Assembly: GCA_016181305.1 (NCBI GenBank) | Contig: JACOZN010000002.1 | Location: 1 to 64,000 of the forward strand | Source: Candidatus Woesearchaeota archaeon | GTDB taxonomy: Archaea > Nanobdellota > Nanobdellia > Woesearchaeales > GW2011-AR4 | DNA length: 64,000 nucleotides | Direction: 5' to 3' | Shown: positions 46,504-55,779 of the stretch, piece by piece | How positions within the stretch are numbered: the stretch's first letter is position 1 | Layout: the number at the start of each line of letters is the position of its first letter | The notes under the pieces: model-generated | Database searches by the model: none | Seen by the model: the letters and a program-made list of their open reading frames with translations, nothing else | What the model was told of the DNA's origin: nothing | Made by a program: the position numbers and the translations under genes

Positions 46504-46550
46504 ATGCTTTCATTACTATTTACCCTTTATAAACCTTTCGGTTTTTATAA

Positions 46551-46973
46551 CTAATGAGTAGCAAAAGAACTTGAGGACGGTGCGAAGTATTTATTGGGCA
46601 TAGTGGGCTCTTCTAGAATGTCTTCTAAAGCATAACTTACTACCAGTCTCAAAACTCGCGCCTCTAATCTTGTAATCCCAGCGTCTTCCGATTCTGAGAA
46701 CACATGTTCTGGCAGTCTTACCATTCCTAAATCAAGAAGAAATTTTGTGAATGATACCCCCAATGCCCCATGTATGTTATACTTTTCCCACATTTCATGT
46801 ATGTCTTCCATTAAAATCAAGTTAGTTAGAATTTTTGGATTTTGTGAAATCTCTTTTGGGTATACCCTCCCCCTTCTCACAAATTCCTGGCGGAAATCTA
46901 ATTTATCAAACCCGTAATATATTCCTACATTCCTTTGACTATATGCCTCGTCTATGCCTTTCCAGTCTATCAT
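46551..46973 (-). CDS. Hypothetical protein
   Basis: 140-aa AT-rich ORF directly after eS8. Confidence 0.65.
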   Translation of the reverse strand: MIDWKGIDEAYSQRNVGIYYGFDKLDFRQEFVRRGRVYPKEISQNPKILTNLILMEDIHEMWEKYNIHGALGVSFTKFLLDLGMVRLPEHVFSESEDAGITRLEARVLRLVVSYALEDILEEPTMPNKYFAPSSSSFATH

Positions 46974-46974
46974 T

Positions 46975-47355
46975 TTAAGAAATCAGCACCGCATTTATTA
47001 TTCCGTCCTGCCCGGGCCTGGAGGTTATCCTTGCCTTTCCAAGCTCTGTTTCAATCACAGAGCCCTTTGTCATGATGTTTCTCCTGATAAAATGCCTGTT
47101 TGCAGGGTTGTCTGTTATTGTCTTGATTTTAATCTGCCTGAATGACTTTGATTTCTGGTCGTAAAGGTTTGCAGTATCTGCCCTCAGCATCCTGAGCTTC
47201 CTGTTTGCGCCCATCACTCTTAAGACAAGCACTTTCTTCTTGCCAAGCTTTGTGAATGAAGGCTCCCTGCCAAGCTCATGCTGCCTTTTCTTGCGGTAAT
47301 CAATGTACCTTCCGCCTGTAGCCTTTCTCCTTGCCCTTGATTGTGAAATTGCCAT
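46975..47355 (-). CDS. rps8e: 30S ribosomal protein eS8
   Basis: RKATGGRY..RKKRQHELGREP and GKARITSRPGQDGIINAVLI. Confidence 0.97.
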   Translation of the reverse strand: MAISQSRARRKATGGRYIDYRKKRQHELGREPSFTKLGKKKVLVLRVMGANRKLRMLRADTANLYDQKSKSFRQIKIKTITDNPANRHFIRRNIMTKGSVIETELGKARITSRPGQDGIINAVLIS

Positions 47356-47395
47356 AAGAAAAGGTATTATTTAGCAATTTAAATAAGTTTCTGAT

Positions 47396-48037
47396 TTAGC
47401 CTCTGACTATTTTGCTTAGGGCTTTTCCCTGGAAAGCATCATTGATTCTTTGCTCAAGAATGCCTTTCCAGCCGGTTGCAGGATCAACCACTATTTCTTC
47501 TCCTGTTACTACATGCCTATACCTGTTGCCGCCTATCGGATAGTGCATTTCTTCTGGAGCGATGTGGACAATGAGGATTTCTTTTACATTCTTGCAGTTC
47601 GCAAAATATTCCAGAGCAGAGTCCTCCATAAGATGCCCTGTAGAGCCGTCTGGATTTCCGTCAACACCTGTGCCTTCCCTTGATATGCCCTTGCCTAAAA
47701 GCTCTTCTATTGTGACAACTTTGTGCCTTTTATTTTTGTCTTGCTGTACATCCATCCATTTCCTCAGATCCAAGCACCTGAAGTTAATTGGGTCAAAAAC
47801 AAAGCCCCTGTAAGGATCAAAGTCGTACACGCCGTCTGTCCTTTTTATAAGGATAACCCTTACATTTTCTCCGCCGTATAACTCGGCGATTGCCGTCATA
47901 TGGCTGTCAGAATCCTGAAGCGGTATCTGGTCTCTTGCAAGTATGTAATGCGGCGCTATTGTCATCAAAATTATTTTTCTTGCATTGTCTTTGTCAACAA
48001 AATAAAAATCCTCGCTTTGTACAAAATTATAATTCAT
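47396..48037 (-). CDS. C-terminal half of an amino-acid-kinase-fold (MoSto/UMP kinase-like) protein
   Basis: IPLQDSDSHMTAIAELYG..ILIKRTDGVYDFDP..VKEILIV. Confidence 0.7.
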   Translation of the reverse strand: MNYNFVQSEDFYFVDKDNARKIILMTIAPHYILARDQIPLQDSDSHMTAIAELYGGENVRVILIKRTDGVYDFDPYRGFVFDPINFRCLDLRKWMDVQQDKNKRHKVVTIEELLGKGISREGTGVDGNPDGSTGHLMEDSALEYFANCKNVKEILIVHIAPEEMHYPIGGNRYRHVVTGEEIVVDPATGWKGILEQRINDAFQGKALSKIVRG

Positions 48038-48785
48038 TAACCAGCCTTAGATTGGTATCAAGCGCTCTTGCTATTAATTCAGGAGTTGCTTTCTTTGTTT
48101 CTGGATACTTCTTTATATGCCGCAATAATTTAGAGCCGAATTGTCCTGCCCCTACAGCCTCTATAATTTGCTGTTTTGGTGTGGTTAAATGTTTTGGGAT
48201 GCCTATGTTTTCCGGGATTTTATTTTTAATTCGCAGGAGTGCCTCCACAACATATCCTAAATTCGGGCTTTCTTCATTTTCATCCTCAAAATCAAAAGAA
48301 CTTCCGCCAACCTTAACAACGGCAAGGTTTTTAAGAGGATCTTTCGGCGCCCAGAAAATTTTTCCTAAAGTCTCTTCTAACGATTCAATATTCCTTGCAG
48401 TATATCTTATACCCCTTCTGTAACCTTTTTCGAGATTATCTCCGGTGATTTCCTGCCCATAAATAACCTGGGGCAGAAAAGGGTCTATGTCCTTGACTTT
48501 CTGTATCTTCATGCCCCCGCTCTTGTTTGTTATATGGTAAGAGGCATAAACAACAAGGGCGTAATGCGTAGTGTCATGCGATTTCATCTTCTGCACAACA
48601 TCGTCTATCTCATCAACCCTTGTTATATGGATTTTGTTCCCTGTCAATCTGTCCAGTATATCTACAACTGACAATGCCTGGGGATGGTAACTGCCGCCGT
48701 ATCTGTCCCTAACAGACTGACTTTGTGATAGTCTGCCATCACATACAAGCACGTTTAATTTGGCATAGGGGTTTGGCCTGGGCAT
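48027..48785 (-). CDS. Receiver-like domain plus N-terminal half of an amino-acid-kinase-fold protein
   Basis: LNVLVCD..DPFLPQVIY receiver-like pattern; VVKVGGS and EAVGAG motifs. Confidence 0.7.
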   Translation of the reverse strand: MPRPNPYAKLNVLVCDGRLSQSQSVRDRYGGSYHPQALSVVDILDRLTGNKIHITRVDEIDDVVQKMKSHDTTHYALVVYASYHITNKSGGMKIQKVKDIDPFLPQVIYGQEITGDNLEKGYRRGIRYTARNIESLEETLGKIFWAPKDPLKNLAVVKVGGSSFDFEDENEESPNLGYVVEALLRIKNKIPENIGIPKHLTTPKQQIIEAVGAGQFGSKLLRHIKKYPETKKATPELIARALDTNLRLVNEL

Positions 48786-48882
48786 TTTTACCTAAGAAGA
48801 AATTTAGTCTATTTATAAAAGTTACTACTTCAGAATAAAGAAATTTAATCCGCCGCCCGGCATAACACCAAGCGGCTGGAGG

Positions 48883-49005
48883 CTATAGGAAGCTTGAAGA
48901 ATGCGCCGCTAGTAGCGCGCTTTTGCCTTCAGCAGGCAGCAACTCTTCACAGGGTATGTTGTTTTCTTTATTAACCGCTTCACATCTTTTGCTTTTCATT
49001 TTCAT
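48883..49005 (-). CDS. Possible 40-aa micro-ORF (MKMKSKRCEAVNKENNIPCEELLPAEGKSALLAAHSSSFL)
   Basis: GGAGG SD 2 nt before the first ATG and 8 nt before the second in-frame ATG; not in the ORF track. Confidence 0.4.
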   Translation of the reverse strand: MKMKSKRCEAVNKENNIPCEELLPAEGKSALLAAHSSSFL

Positions 49006-49014
49006 TGCCTCCGT

Positions 49015-49116
49015 TTACTTGTATTTTGACTCCTCGCTTCTGCTGTTGAAATCAACAGCTACAAGGTTTTCAAGGAACTTCTCGCTTTGTGAGCCTGATT
49101 GTGTCTTTTGAGTCAT
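49015..49116 (-). CDS. Possible 33-aa micro-ORF (MTQKTQSGSQSEKFLENLVAVDFNSRSEESKYK)
   Basis: Divergent from the PhoU-type regulator; immediately upstream of the 40-aa ORF. Confidence 0.3.
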   Translation of the reverse strand: MTQKTQSGSQSEKFLENLVAVDFNSRSEESKYK

Positions 49117-49184
49117 TTTGGCAGCCTCTTTGTGTTTAGGAGAAGATTAGTGCAAATTTTATATATTCTTTTTGTATATTACAT

Positions 49185-49222
49185 ATATTTAGAATATAGC
49201 ATAATATTTAGAATATAGCATA
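49185..49222. promoter_or_regulatory. Perfect 19-bp tandem repeat with internal palindromes (candidate operator)
   Basis: ATATTTAGAATATAGCATA x2; each unit contains ATATT-N3-AATAT. Confidence 0.6.
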
Positions 49223-49254
49223 TCAAAATATTTATATAATGATATACATTACCC

Positions 49255-50181
49255 ATGATAATGAAGAGAAAGCTTGTCAAGCAGGGGCTCAGGGCTTTAA
49301 CCGTAACAATACCATCCTCATGGATTGATAAGAATAATCTGCATGCCGGAGACGAAGTTGACCTGATTGAAGTTGATGACTCCTTGACATTGTCAACTGA
49401 AAAGAAGCAGCCCACAAAGGAGATAATTGTTGACGTGGGCGGGCTTTTGCCAAGGATGGCTGACAGGTTCATGGCAAGGTCTTACCAGAAAGGCTATGAC
49501 AAGATAACGGTCAAATTTGACGATCCTGAACTGATGCTGGCTGTGAAAAACAAGGTTCCTGAACTGATGGGCTTTGAGATTTTGAACATAGGCAAAAACG
49601 AGATAGAAGTGCAGGTTATATCGCAGCAGCTTGACCTTGACTTTGATGTAATCCTGAGGCGCGCATTCCTCATACTCATGGACATGGCAAAGACATGCCA
49701 CGACGCATGGAAATCCAATGAAAAAAAGTCGCTTGAGAATATTTTTCATCAGGATTTTGACGTAAACAGGTTTTTGTATTTTTGTTTAAGGTATTTGAAC
49801 AAAAGCCAGAAAGTAATGAACTTCGGAAGGTCCATACTTTATTACCTGATTGAAAGCCTTGAGGATTTGGGGGATGAGCTAAAGGAATTGGGCAGGCAGC
49901 TTGCAGGAATCAAGCCCGACAGGGATGTTTTGAATATTCTTGACAAGCTGAATGAAATGTTCAGGAACAGCTACGAGTTCTTTTATGCCCCGGACAAGAG
50001 CAAGGCTGTGAGGGCTTTCAAGCTGAGCAAGGAAATATCAGCTTTGATAGATGGAGCTCTTGCAGTGAAAAACAAGGACTTGACTAAGGCGCTGATGTCA
50101 ATAGAACTCTCAACAAGAATTGTGTACCACCTTACAACTATGAGGCTTGACACCCTTAAGGAATTAAGCGGGGACAAATAA
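49255..50181 (+). CDS. AbrB-domain/PhoU-like transcriptional regulator
   Basis: KRKLVKQG..LTVTIPSSWI..LHAGDEVDL; PhoU-like helical region (DFDVNRF, LEDLGDE). Confidence 0.85.
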   Translation: MIMKRKLVKQGLRALTVTIPSSWIDKNNLHAGDEVDLIEVDDSLTLSTEKKQPTKEIIVDVGGLLPRMADRFMARSYQKGYDKITVKFDDPELMLAVKNKVPELMGFEILNIGKNEIEVQVISQQLDLDFDVILRRAFLILMDMAKTCHDAWKSNEKKSLENIFHQDFDVNRFLYFCLRYLNKSQKVMNFGRSILYYLIESLEDLGDELKELGRQLAGIKPDRDVLNILDKLNEMFRNSYEFFYAPDKSKAVRAFKLSKEISALIDGALAVKNKDLTKALMSIELSTRIVYHLTTMRLDTLKELSGDK

Positions 50182-50234
50182 TAATTTGCATTTTATCGAT
50201 AACTATATATTAAAGCCTTCTTAAACCATTCTTT

Positions 50235-50657
50235 ATGGAATTCATTGAAATAATCGGCATCATTGCACTGCTGATTCTAGCATTATTCATTGGCTATCTA
50301 ATAGGCAAATACTTAACACAAAAAAAGCTTGAGGAAAAAATACCGGATATAAGGGAAGACGCAATCAGGCACTCAAGGGCTGTTCTGAGCGGGCAGTTCA
50401 GCGAGCAGATTGCGCCTTATTTGCCAGATTTTCCTTTCAAGCCCACAGAGGCAAGGTTCATAGGCAAGCCGATTGATTTTGTTGTGTTTAAGGGGATGGA
50501 TGGCAAAAAGATTGACGAGGTTGTTTTTGTAGAAGTCAAAAGCGGTCAGAGCGTATTGAACAAAGTTGAAAAAACATTAAAGGAAGCAGTGCAGAACAAG
50601 AATGTTTCCTGGCATGAATACAAAGTGCCTGAGGAAATAACTAAAAACAAACAATAG
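50235..50657 (+). CDS. Membrane-anchored Holliday junction resolvase-like endonuclease (PD-(D/E)xK)
   Basis: SRAVLSGQFSEQIAPY, RFIGKPIDFVVF and FVEVKSG. Confidence 0.88.
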   Translation: MEFIEIIGIIALLILALFIGYLIGKYLTQKKLEEKIPDIREDAIRHSRAVLSGQFSEQIAPYLPDFPFKPTEARFIGKPIDFVVFKGMDGKKIDEVVFVEVKSGQSVLNKVEKTLKEAVQNKNVSWHEYKVPEEITKNKQ

Positions 50658-50766
50658 ATATAGAAAATGCTATGCATTCTCGGAGTTTCGGGAATTTTTA
50701 TTCCCGCAACCTTTATAAATACCCCCAATTTCTCAGAACTTAACAAATTTCGAGGTGTTTTAATTT

Positions 50767-50991
50767 ATGGAACCAGCACGCCCATTGGACGCATTGAACA
50801 AGTCGCGGGACAAAAGGATAATTGTTGAGCTGAAAAACAACAAGCAGTACATAGGCAAGCTCAAGTCCTTTGACATCCACATCAACATTGTTATTGACGA
50901 TGTCGAGGAAAGGGTCAATGGCGAAGTCACAAGGAAGTTCAACACAGTCTTCATTAGGGGCGACACGATAACTGTAATATCAACTGAATAG
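50767..50991 (+). CDS. Sm/Lsm-like archaeal protein
   Basis: RPLDAL, GKLKSFDIHINIVID and FIRGDTI. Confidence 0.95.
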   Translation: MEPARPLDALNKSRDKRIIVELKNNKQYIGKLKSFDIHINIVIDDVEERVNGEVTRKFNTVFIRGDTITVISTE

Positions 50992-51050
50992 ATTTCTAAG
51001 GCAAAATGAAAGGAACGCCATCAACTTTTTACAAAAAACTTGAACAAATG

Positions 51051-51119
51051 TCGCAAATCTTCAATTTGCGAGCACGACCGAAAATCGCAATGCGATTTAT
51101 CGGCGAGTACGCAAGTGCT
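51051..51119. repeat. Nested intergenic palindromes between Lsm and eL37
   Basis: TCGCAAAT..ATTTGCGA and AAATCGCA-A-TGCGATTT. Confidence 0.6.
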
Positions 51120-51154
51120 ACATTTGCTTCGCAAAGCAGCACGAGGTGGAACAA

Positions 51155-51322
51155 ATGAAGGGAACCCCGTCTATGGGCGAGAAGTCCGGCAAGAAGAGCA
51201 CGATTCACTGCAGAAGATGCGGCAAAAGGACATTCAACCTGCACAAGAGAGCATGCAGTTCCTGCGGGTTCGGCAAGAGCAAAAGACTGAGAAGCTATAA
51301 CTGGCAGAAGAAGATAAGGTAA
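51155..51322 (+). CDS. rpl37e: 50S ribosomal protein eL37 (missed by the ORF track)
   Basis: MKGTPSMG..HCRRCG..CSSCGFGKSKRLRSYNWQKK; SD GAGGTGG; conserved Lsm-eL37 gene order. Confidence 0.96.
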   Translation: MKGTPSMGEKSGKKSTIHCRRCGKRTFNLHKRACSSCGFGKSKRLRSYNWQKKIR

Positions 51323-51398
51323 TTTCTGATTTCTAAGTATGACTTATAAGTAGTAAAAACAGAAAGATTTAAATATCAACAAACTACTCTTTATAAAA

Positions 51399-52040
51399 AT
51401 GCAAAATCAAAGAATAGCCGGCAAATCAATAAAGAATTTAGCTTTAGTTGGATTGTTAGCAAGCATATTGGCTGCATGCGGGGAAACAAAAACCCAGCAT
51501 GCACAAAACCCCAGCCCTGCTAAAGCAGCCAGCGCGCAATCTCCAGATCCATACGAGGATAAACTAAGGCAATTGGTTGACAGTTACAATAATGGAAGCA
51601 TTGACGAAAAATCAAGAATAATCAATGAACTTTATCAAGGAAAAGCAGTTCTAACCCCATTTGGATATACTTACCCATGGAAAGGCAATAAAAATTATGG
51701 GAATGTCAGGGTTGGGATAGAGGGAAGAATCGATGTTTATTATGAAGAAGGGCGCGTAACAAAATCTTCATTTGAGCTGGATAACGAACCTATCCATGTG
51801 GGGGTTAATCGTGATGGCAATGTCTCGCCTTATATTGTTAGCGGTAAAGTACTAAAAGTTCCGCAAGGACACTCTGTTTTGCATATTGCAAGAAGTGGAG
51901 CACCATGGAATCCGGAGTATACTGGAGAAATGCTTTGGGCCCTACGCCGATTTGGAAAAGAAAATCCTGAACTTGGCATAAGTACTCAGGGAATAAGCGG
52001 TGTCAGGAATGGTTTAAAGGTATTTGGCTATAAACCTTGA
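51399..52040 (+). CDS. Putative lipoprotein, unknown function
   Basis: Lipobox-like ILAA|CG; promoter TAGTAAAAACAGAAAGATTTAAATA at 51351-51375. Confidence 0.72.
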   Translation: MQNQRIAGKSIKNLALVGLLASILAACGETKTQHAQNPSPAKAASAQSPDPYEDKLRQLVDSYNNGSIDEKSRIINELYQGKAVLTPFGYTYPWKGNKNYGNVRVGIEGRIDVYYEEGRVTKSSFELDNEPIHVGVNRDGNVSPYIVSGKVLKVPQGHSVLHIARSGAPWNPEYTGEMLWALRRFGKENPELGISTQGISGVRNGLKVFGYKP

Positions 52041-52115
52041 TATTTTGTTGTTAAAATATTTATACTAAATCTTTCAGCAACCTTTTTAAACAATTGTCCT
52101 TATTTATTGTCTTAT

Positions 52116-52233
52116 GCGGAGGTGCCGGAGTGGCCAAACGGGATAGAGGCGACAATGACTCTTTCATTGCACCCATCCAAGCTTAGGACCTATTGGCTTA
52201 GTGCCTACGCAGGTTCGAATCCTGTCCTCCGCA
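52116..52233 (+). tRNA. tRNA-Leu(TAG) with an intron at 30/31 (52147-52180)
   Basis: GCGGAGG/CCTCCGC with A73; the spliced anticodon arm is ATAGG-CTTAGGA-CCTAT; BHB with central helix GGAT/ATCC and 3-nt bulges. Confidence 0.92.
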
Positions 52234-52266
52234 TAATTTAAATATAAGTTTTTATTACCCATCTTT

Positions 52267-52494
52267 ATGTCAAGGAAAAAAGACAAGCCAAAAAAGATAA
52301 GCGCCAAAAAGGAGCGCTATGCCAAGTTCAGGAAGGAAAAGCCTTCTTCAATGACATTTGCAATGCCCGACTTGTCGGAAGAGCAGGTTGCAGAAAGAAG
52401 GCAGGACGAGCAGCGCATCAGCATGTTCTGGCGCAGCTACAGAAGGCCCCCTCAAAGGTTTGTAAGCGAAAGAAAGGCAAAAAGCAAAAGATAG
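52267..52494 (+). CDS. Small basic hypothetical protein
   Basis: 75 aa, Lys/Arg-rich, directly after the tRNA. Confidence 0.6.
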   Translation: MSRKKDKPKKISAKKERYAKFRKEKPSSMTFAMPDLSEEQVAERRQDEQRISMFWRSYRRPPQRFVSERKAKSKR

Positions 52495-52509
52495 ATTTTA
52501 TTTATAATA

Positions 52510-53262
52510 ATGAAGAATAAAATCCTTTTTACAATTTTGCTGGTTTTTCTAACCTCCTGTTCTTTTGTTCTCGGCAACAATTCAGAAACTGGTGTTCTTT
52601 TAACGCATGGATTTGAAGCTTCCCCTCATGAGCTGAGGGAACTTGCCCAATACCTCGCAGCAAGGAACATGACAGTCCATGTTGTCAGATTGGAAGGGCA
52701 TGGAACAGACATAAGGGAGCTTGACAAAACAAAATGGCAGAATTGGTACAATGACTATGAAAAAGGCTATAACGAGCTTTCAAAAAAAACGAAAAAAGTT
52801 TTTGTGGGAGGGCATTCTCTTGGAGGGGCTCTTGCCTTGCGCCTTGCAGAGCAAAAAGACACTGCCGGTGTTATTTCGCTTGCCTCCCCTGTTGGCCTGA
52901 AAGACAAAAGAGCGGAATACGCATGGCTGATTAAGTATTTCAGGAAATATGAAGCAAGAAACTTAAGCGGCGAGGAAAAACTTTACAATTATGACAGGTA
53001 TTCCGCAGCTGCTGTCGGGCAGCTTGTTGATTTTATCGAGGTGTACAGGGAGGATTTGCCGAAGATAACAGAGCCGATTCTGATAATCCAGCTGAGCAAC
53101 GACACAAAGATATGCCCAAACAGCGCAGATTATATTCATAAGAGTGTCAAGTCAAGGGATAAAAGCATGGTTGTTATCTCTTCCGCAGGGCATAGCTTAT
53201 TGGAAGAGCCTTATAAAAAAAGGGTTTATGAAGAGGTTTATAACTTTGTAAAGAAAGCATAA
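52510..53262 (+). CDS. Alpha/beta hydrolase (carboxylesterase-like)
   Basis: LLTHGF, GHGT, nucleophile elbow GHSLGG and C-terminal GH. Confidence 0.9.
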   Translation: MKNKILFTILLVFLTSCSFVLGNNSETGVLLTHGFEASPHELRELAQYLAARNMTVHVVRLEGHGTDIRELDKTKWQNWYNDYEKGYNELSKKTKKVFVGGHSLGGALALRLAEQKDTAGVISLASPVGLKDKRAEYAWLIKYFRKYEARNLSGEEKLYNYDRYSAAAVGQLVDFIEVYREDLPKITEPILIIQLSNDTKICPNSADYIHKSVKSRDKSMVVISSAGHSLLEEPYKKRVYEEVYNFVKKA

Positions 53263-53738
53263 AATATTAATGAAATTAATACCCCAGTATAGCATTTTGT
53301 ATACGACAAATCAAAAGCTTTTTATACCGAATTAACCAGAAAATTCATACGTGGGGGTGGACATATTGCCTATTTTTTCTGACAATGAGAAGCAGGACTT
53401 TATTATAGTAGATGGCAATATCTACACCCACAAGCAGATTGAAACCAGAAACGGCATAGTATTCATGCGGATGAAAAAGAGGCTTCTTTCAAACTTAAAT
53501 GAGAGACAAAAAACTTTTTAGGCTTTTGATAATCGCTTTGATTGTATTCCTTGTCCTTAATATTGTTTTTCTGTCCTTGAAGATAATCAGCGAGTTTTTC
53601 TTCTGGATAGTTATAATTGTGATTGGTATTTTTGCGTATAAGTATCTGCCGAAGATGAGGAAGTAATGTGCTGTGTTCTTCCAATAGCCAAAAACCGAAA
53701 GGCTTATAAAGTAATTGTCTCATGGATAGTATACTTAT

Positions 53739-54332
53739 ATGGAAGAAGCAGCCACTAAACTTGAAATTCCTTCTAATGAAAGCTGGCTGCAGCAAAATCT
53801 TTACCAGTATTTTGAACTTATTGTTGAAGGAAGCCGAGCAAAAAAGTATATCTTAAAGCCAAATAACGGGCTTGGAGTTATTTCTGTTATACAGACTCCA
53901 AATACAATAGAAATTATTGATAAAGCATGGGTCTTGGAAGGAATTCCAGTTCCTGAAAGGGCAAAAGAGCTGATATATGAGCCCGTATTCAGATACGACA
54001 GAGGAATAGCTATTGACGACATGAGATATTTGGGAAGTATGGCAGCGTTGATAGGAAATTTTGTATTTGTCCGCTTGGACGATTACATAAGAAATGCCAT
54101 GAAAGGCATAGTTAGAGAGACAAGCATCGAAGACAACTTGAATCGCGGACGCCTTGAACTGATTGTATTTGAATCTGGGGCAGCGAAGTTTGTTAGAGAA
54201 AAAGTACCTGTTAAGGAACTTCTTAGTGAAAGTGTGTTTATAGGACCAACTAACAAGTATGCCCCTTCTCAAAAAATAAGGGAAAAATACAAAAAACCAG
54301 CAATACCTACCCCAGCTCAATTAGCAGCTTAA
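53739..54332 (+). CDS. Hypothetical protein
   Basis: 197 aa; promoter AAAAACCGAAAGGCTTATAAA at 53690-53710. Confidence 0.7.
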   Translation: MEEAATKLEIPSNESWLQQNLYQYFELIVEGSRAKKYILKPNNGLGVISVIQTPNTIEIIDKAWVLEGIPVPERAKELIYEPVFRYDRGIAIDDMRYLGSMAALIGNFVFVRLDDYIRNAMKGIVRETSIEDNLNRGRLELIVFESGAAKFVREKVPVKELLSESVFIGPTNKYAPSQKIREKYKKPAIPTPAQLAA

Positions 54333-54664
54333 TCTAATCTATTAGAAAAATTAGGGGCTTCGCTGCTGCCCAGCCAGCCGAAGCTGTCAGCCATAGTAAT
54401 TTAACACTTTTCTTTAGACCACTTACGCAAGCAGAGGCTTAAATATTGCCAATCTTGACGTTTAGCCAAAGTTTCTGAAAGTTGACTTGCGCTCCCTTTC
54501 ACAAAGGATTTGGCATTAATCAGTTTTGGCAATGCAGTGTTAGGTACTTTTAACTGCAAATGGGTTTTACAGCTACGCACCCCCAAAAACATAGGGGTTT
54601 GATTATATATTTATGGATTGCCTATATAAAGCTTATAGAACTTATAAAAAATAAAAATAAAGGC

Positions 54665-54814
54665 TTATTTAGCCTTTCCCAGAATCCTGAACACTTTTGT
54701 GCCGCATGCGCCGCAAACTCCCTTCATTGCCTTCATGCCGTTCTTCATTGTGACTTCCTTGCCATCCTTAATCTCGACTTCTTTCCTGCACTTCATGCAT
54801 CTTCCCCTTGCCAT
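54665..54814 (-). CDS. 49-aa zinc-ribbon protein (DUF5679-like; missed by the ORF track)
   Basis: MARGRCMKCRKEVEIKD..KNG..AMKGVCGACGTKVFRILG; SD GAGGTGA. Confidence 0.88.
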   Translation of the reverse strand: MARGRCMKCRKEVEIKDGKEVTMKNGMKAMKGVCGACGTKVFRILGKAK

Positions 54815-54850
54815 TAAATTCACCTCAAAGTTTTAAATTAATCTAGGATA

Positions 54851-54919
54851 CCGAAAATCAAGACGTCGAGAATCTTTGATTCTCGGGTTGTCCGAGACAA
54901 AAGTCTCGGCAATTTTCGG
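54851..54919. repeat. Nested palindromic element with 8-bp terminal inverted repeats
   Basis: CCGAAAAT..ATTTTCGG encloses CGAGAATC-TTT-GATTCTCG and CCGAGAC-AAAA-GTCTCGG. Confidence 0.7.
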
Positions 54920-55044
54920 ATACGTTCGGAAATATAATTTCCGCCCGTTTTTAAACCTATGAACAGGCTGTATCTTAAGTTATATATAAATATTTGGGTT
55001 TTTCATGAGTAAATTACGAGTGAATTGCTACTTGAGGGTTAAAA

Positions 55045-55710
55045 TCACTCCACAATCTCCAGCAATTCCTTGATGTCATCTATCTCGTAATCCGCCTTTG
55101 CGCCCTTGCCTTTTGGATTGCCGTACTTGGCAAAGCATGTAAGCATTCCAAGCTTCTTAGCGCCTTTGATGTCCCTTTCAGGCCTGTCGCCAACTACAAG
55201 GCACTCGCCTGGCTTGAATTTCAGCTTTTTTAAAGCCACTTCAAAAGGCTTTATGCTCGGCTTGAACTCCTTTGTATCGTCAAAAGTCACAACAACATCA
55301 AACAAATGGTTGATTTTCATTGAAACCAGCCTTATCCATGCTTTCAAGCGGGGAGCATCTGAAACTATCGCAAGCTTTATCCCTCTTCTCTTTAACTCAA
55401 ACAAAACCTCTCCGACATGAGGATACGGCTCGAGAAAGCCTGTCCTTACTCTCCTGTAAGCCACAATGCCGCTTGCCAGTATTTCGTAATCAACTTTTTT
55501 TGTTATTTTTTTCAGGAATTTCTGGAATATTGTCTTTTCCTCCAAGCCGTACTTGTCATAAAGGGAAAAAAGCTCCTTGACTGCCTTTTCTTTCTTGACA
55601 TTAAGTCCAGCATCAATCATTGAGTAAATTGCGGCATCGCAGCTCAGCTTCTTCATAGTCATAAAGTCTATCAAGGTGTTGTCCAAGTCAAATATGACTG
55701 ATTTAATCAT
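55045..55710 (-). CDS. HAD-superfamily hydrolase
   Basis: FDLDNTL, IVSD, KP and VVGDRPERDI.GA. Confidence 0.93.
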   Translation of the reverse strand: MIKSVIFDLDNTLIDFMTMKKLSCDAAIYSMIDAGLNVKKEKAVKELFSLYDKYGLEEKTIFQKFLKKITKKVDYEILASGIVAYRRVRTGFLEPYPHVGEVLFELKRRGIKLAIVSDAPRLKAWIRLVSMKINHLFDVVVTFDDTKEFKPSIKPFEVALKKLKFKPGECLVVGDRPERDIKGAKKLGMLTCFAKYGNPKGKGAKADYEIDDIKELLEIVE

Positions 55711-55779
55711 AAGAAAAGAGAAGTAAAGTGGTTATTTAAAGGTTTGTTGGATTTTTGAACATTGGATTCACTGTAAAAA

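Noticed and set aside
48850-48900. GC-rich stretch as SRP RNA or RNase P RNA
   Set aside because: Too short, and lacks the SRP helix 6/8 or RNase P P4 motifs; at most an imperfect hairpin.
53352-53795. Small ORFs at 53352-53522 (+) and 53463-53795 (-)
   Set aside because: No motifs or clear RBS; the minus ORF overlaps the promoter and start of 53739.
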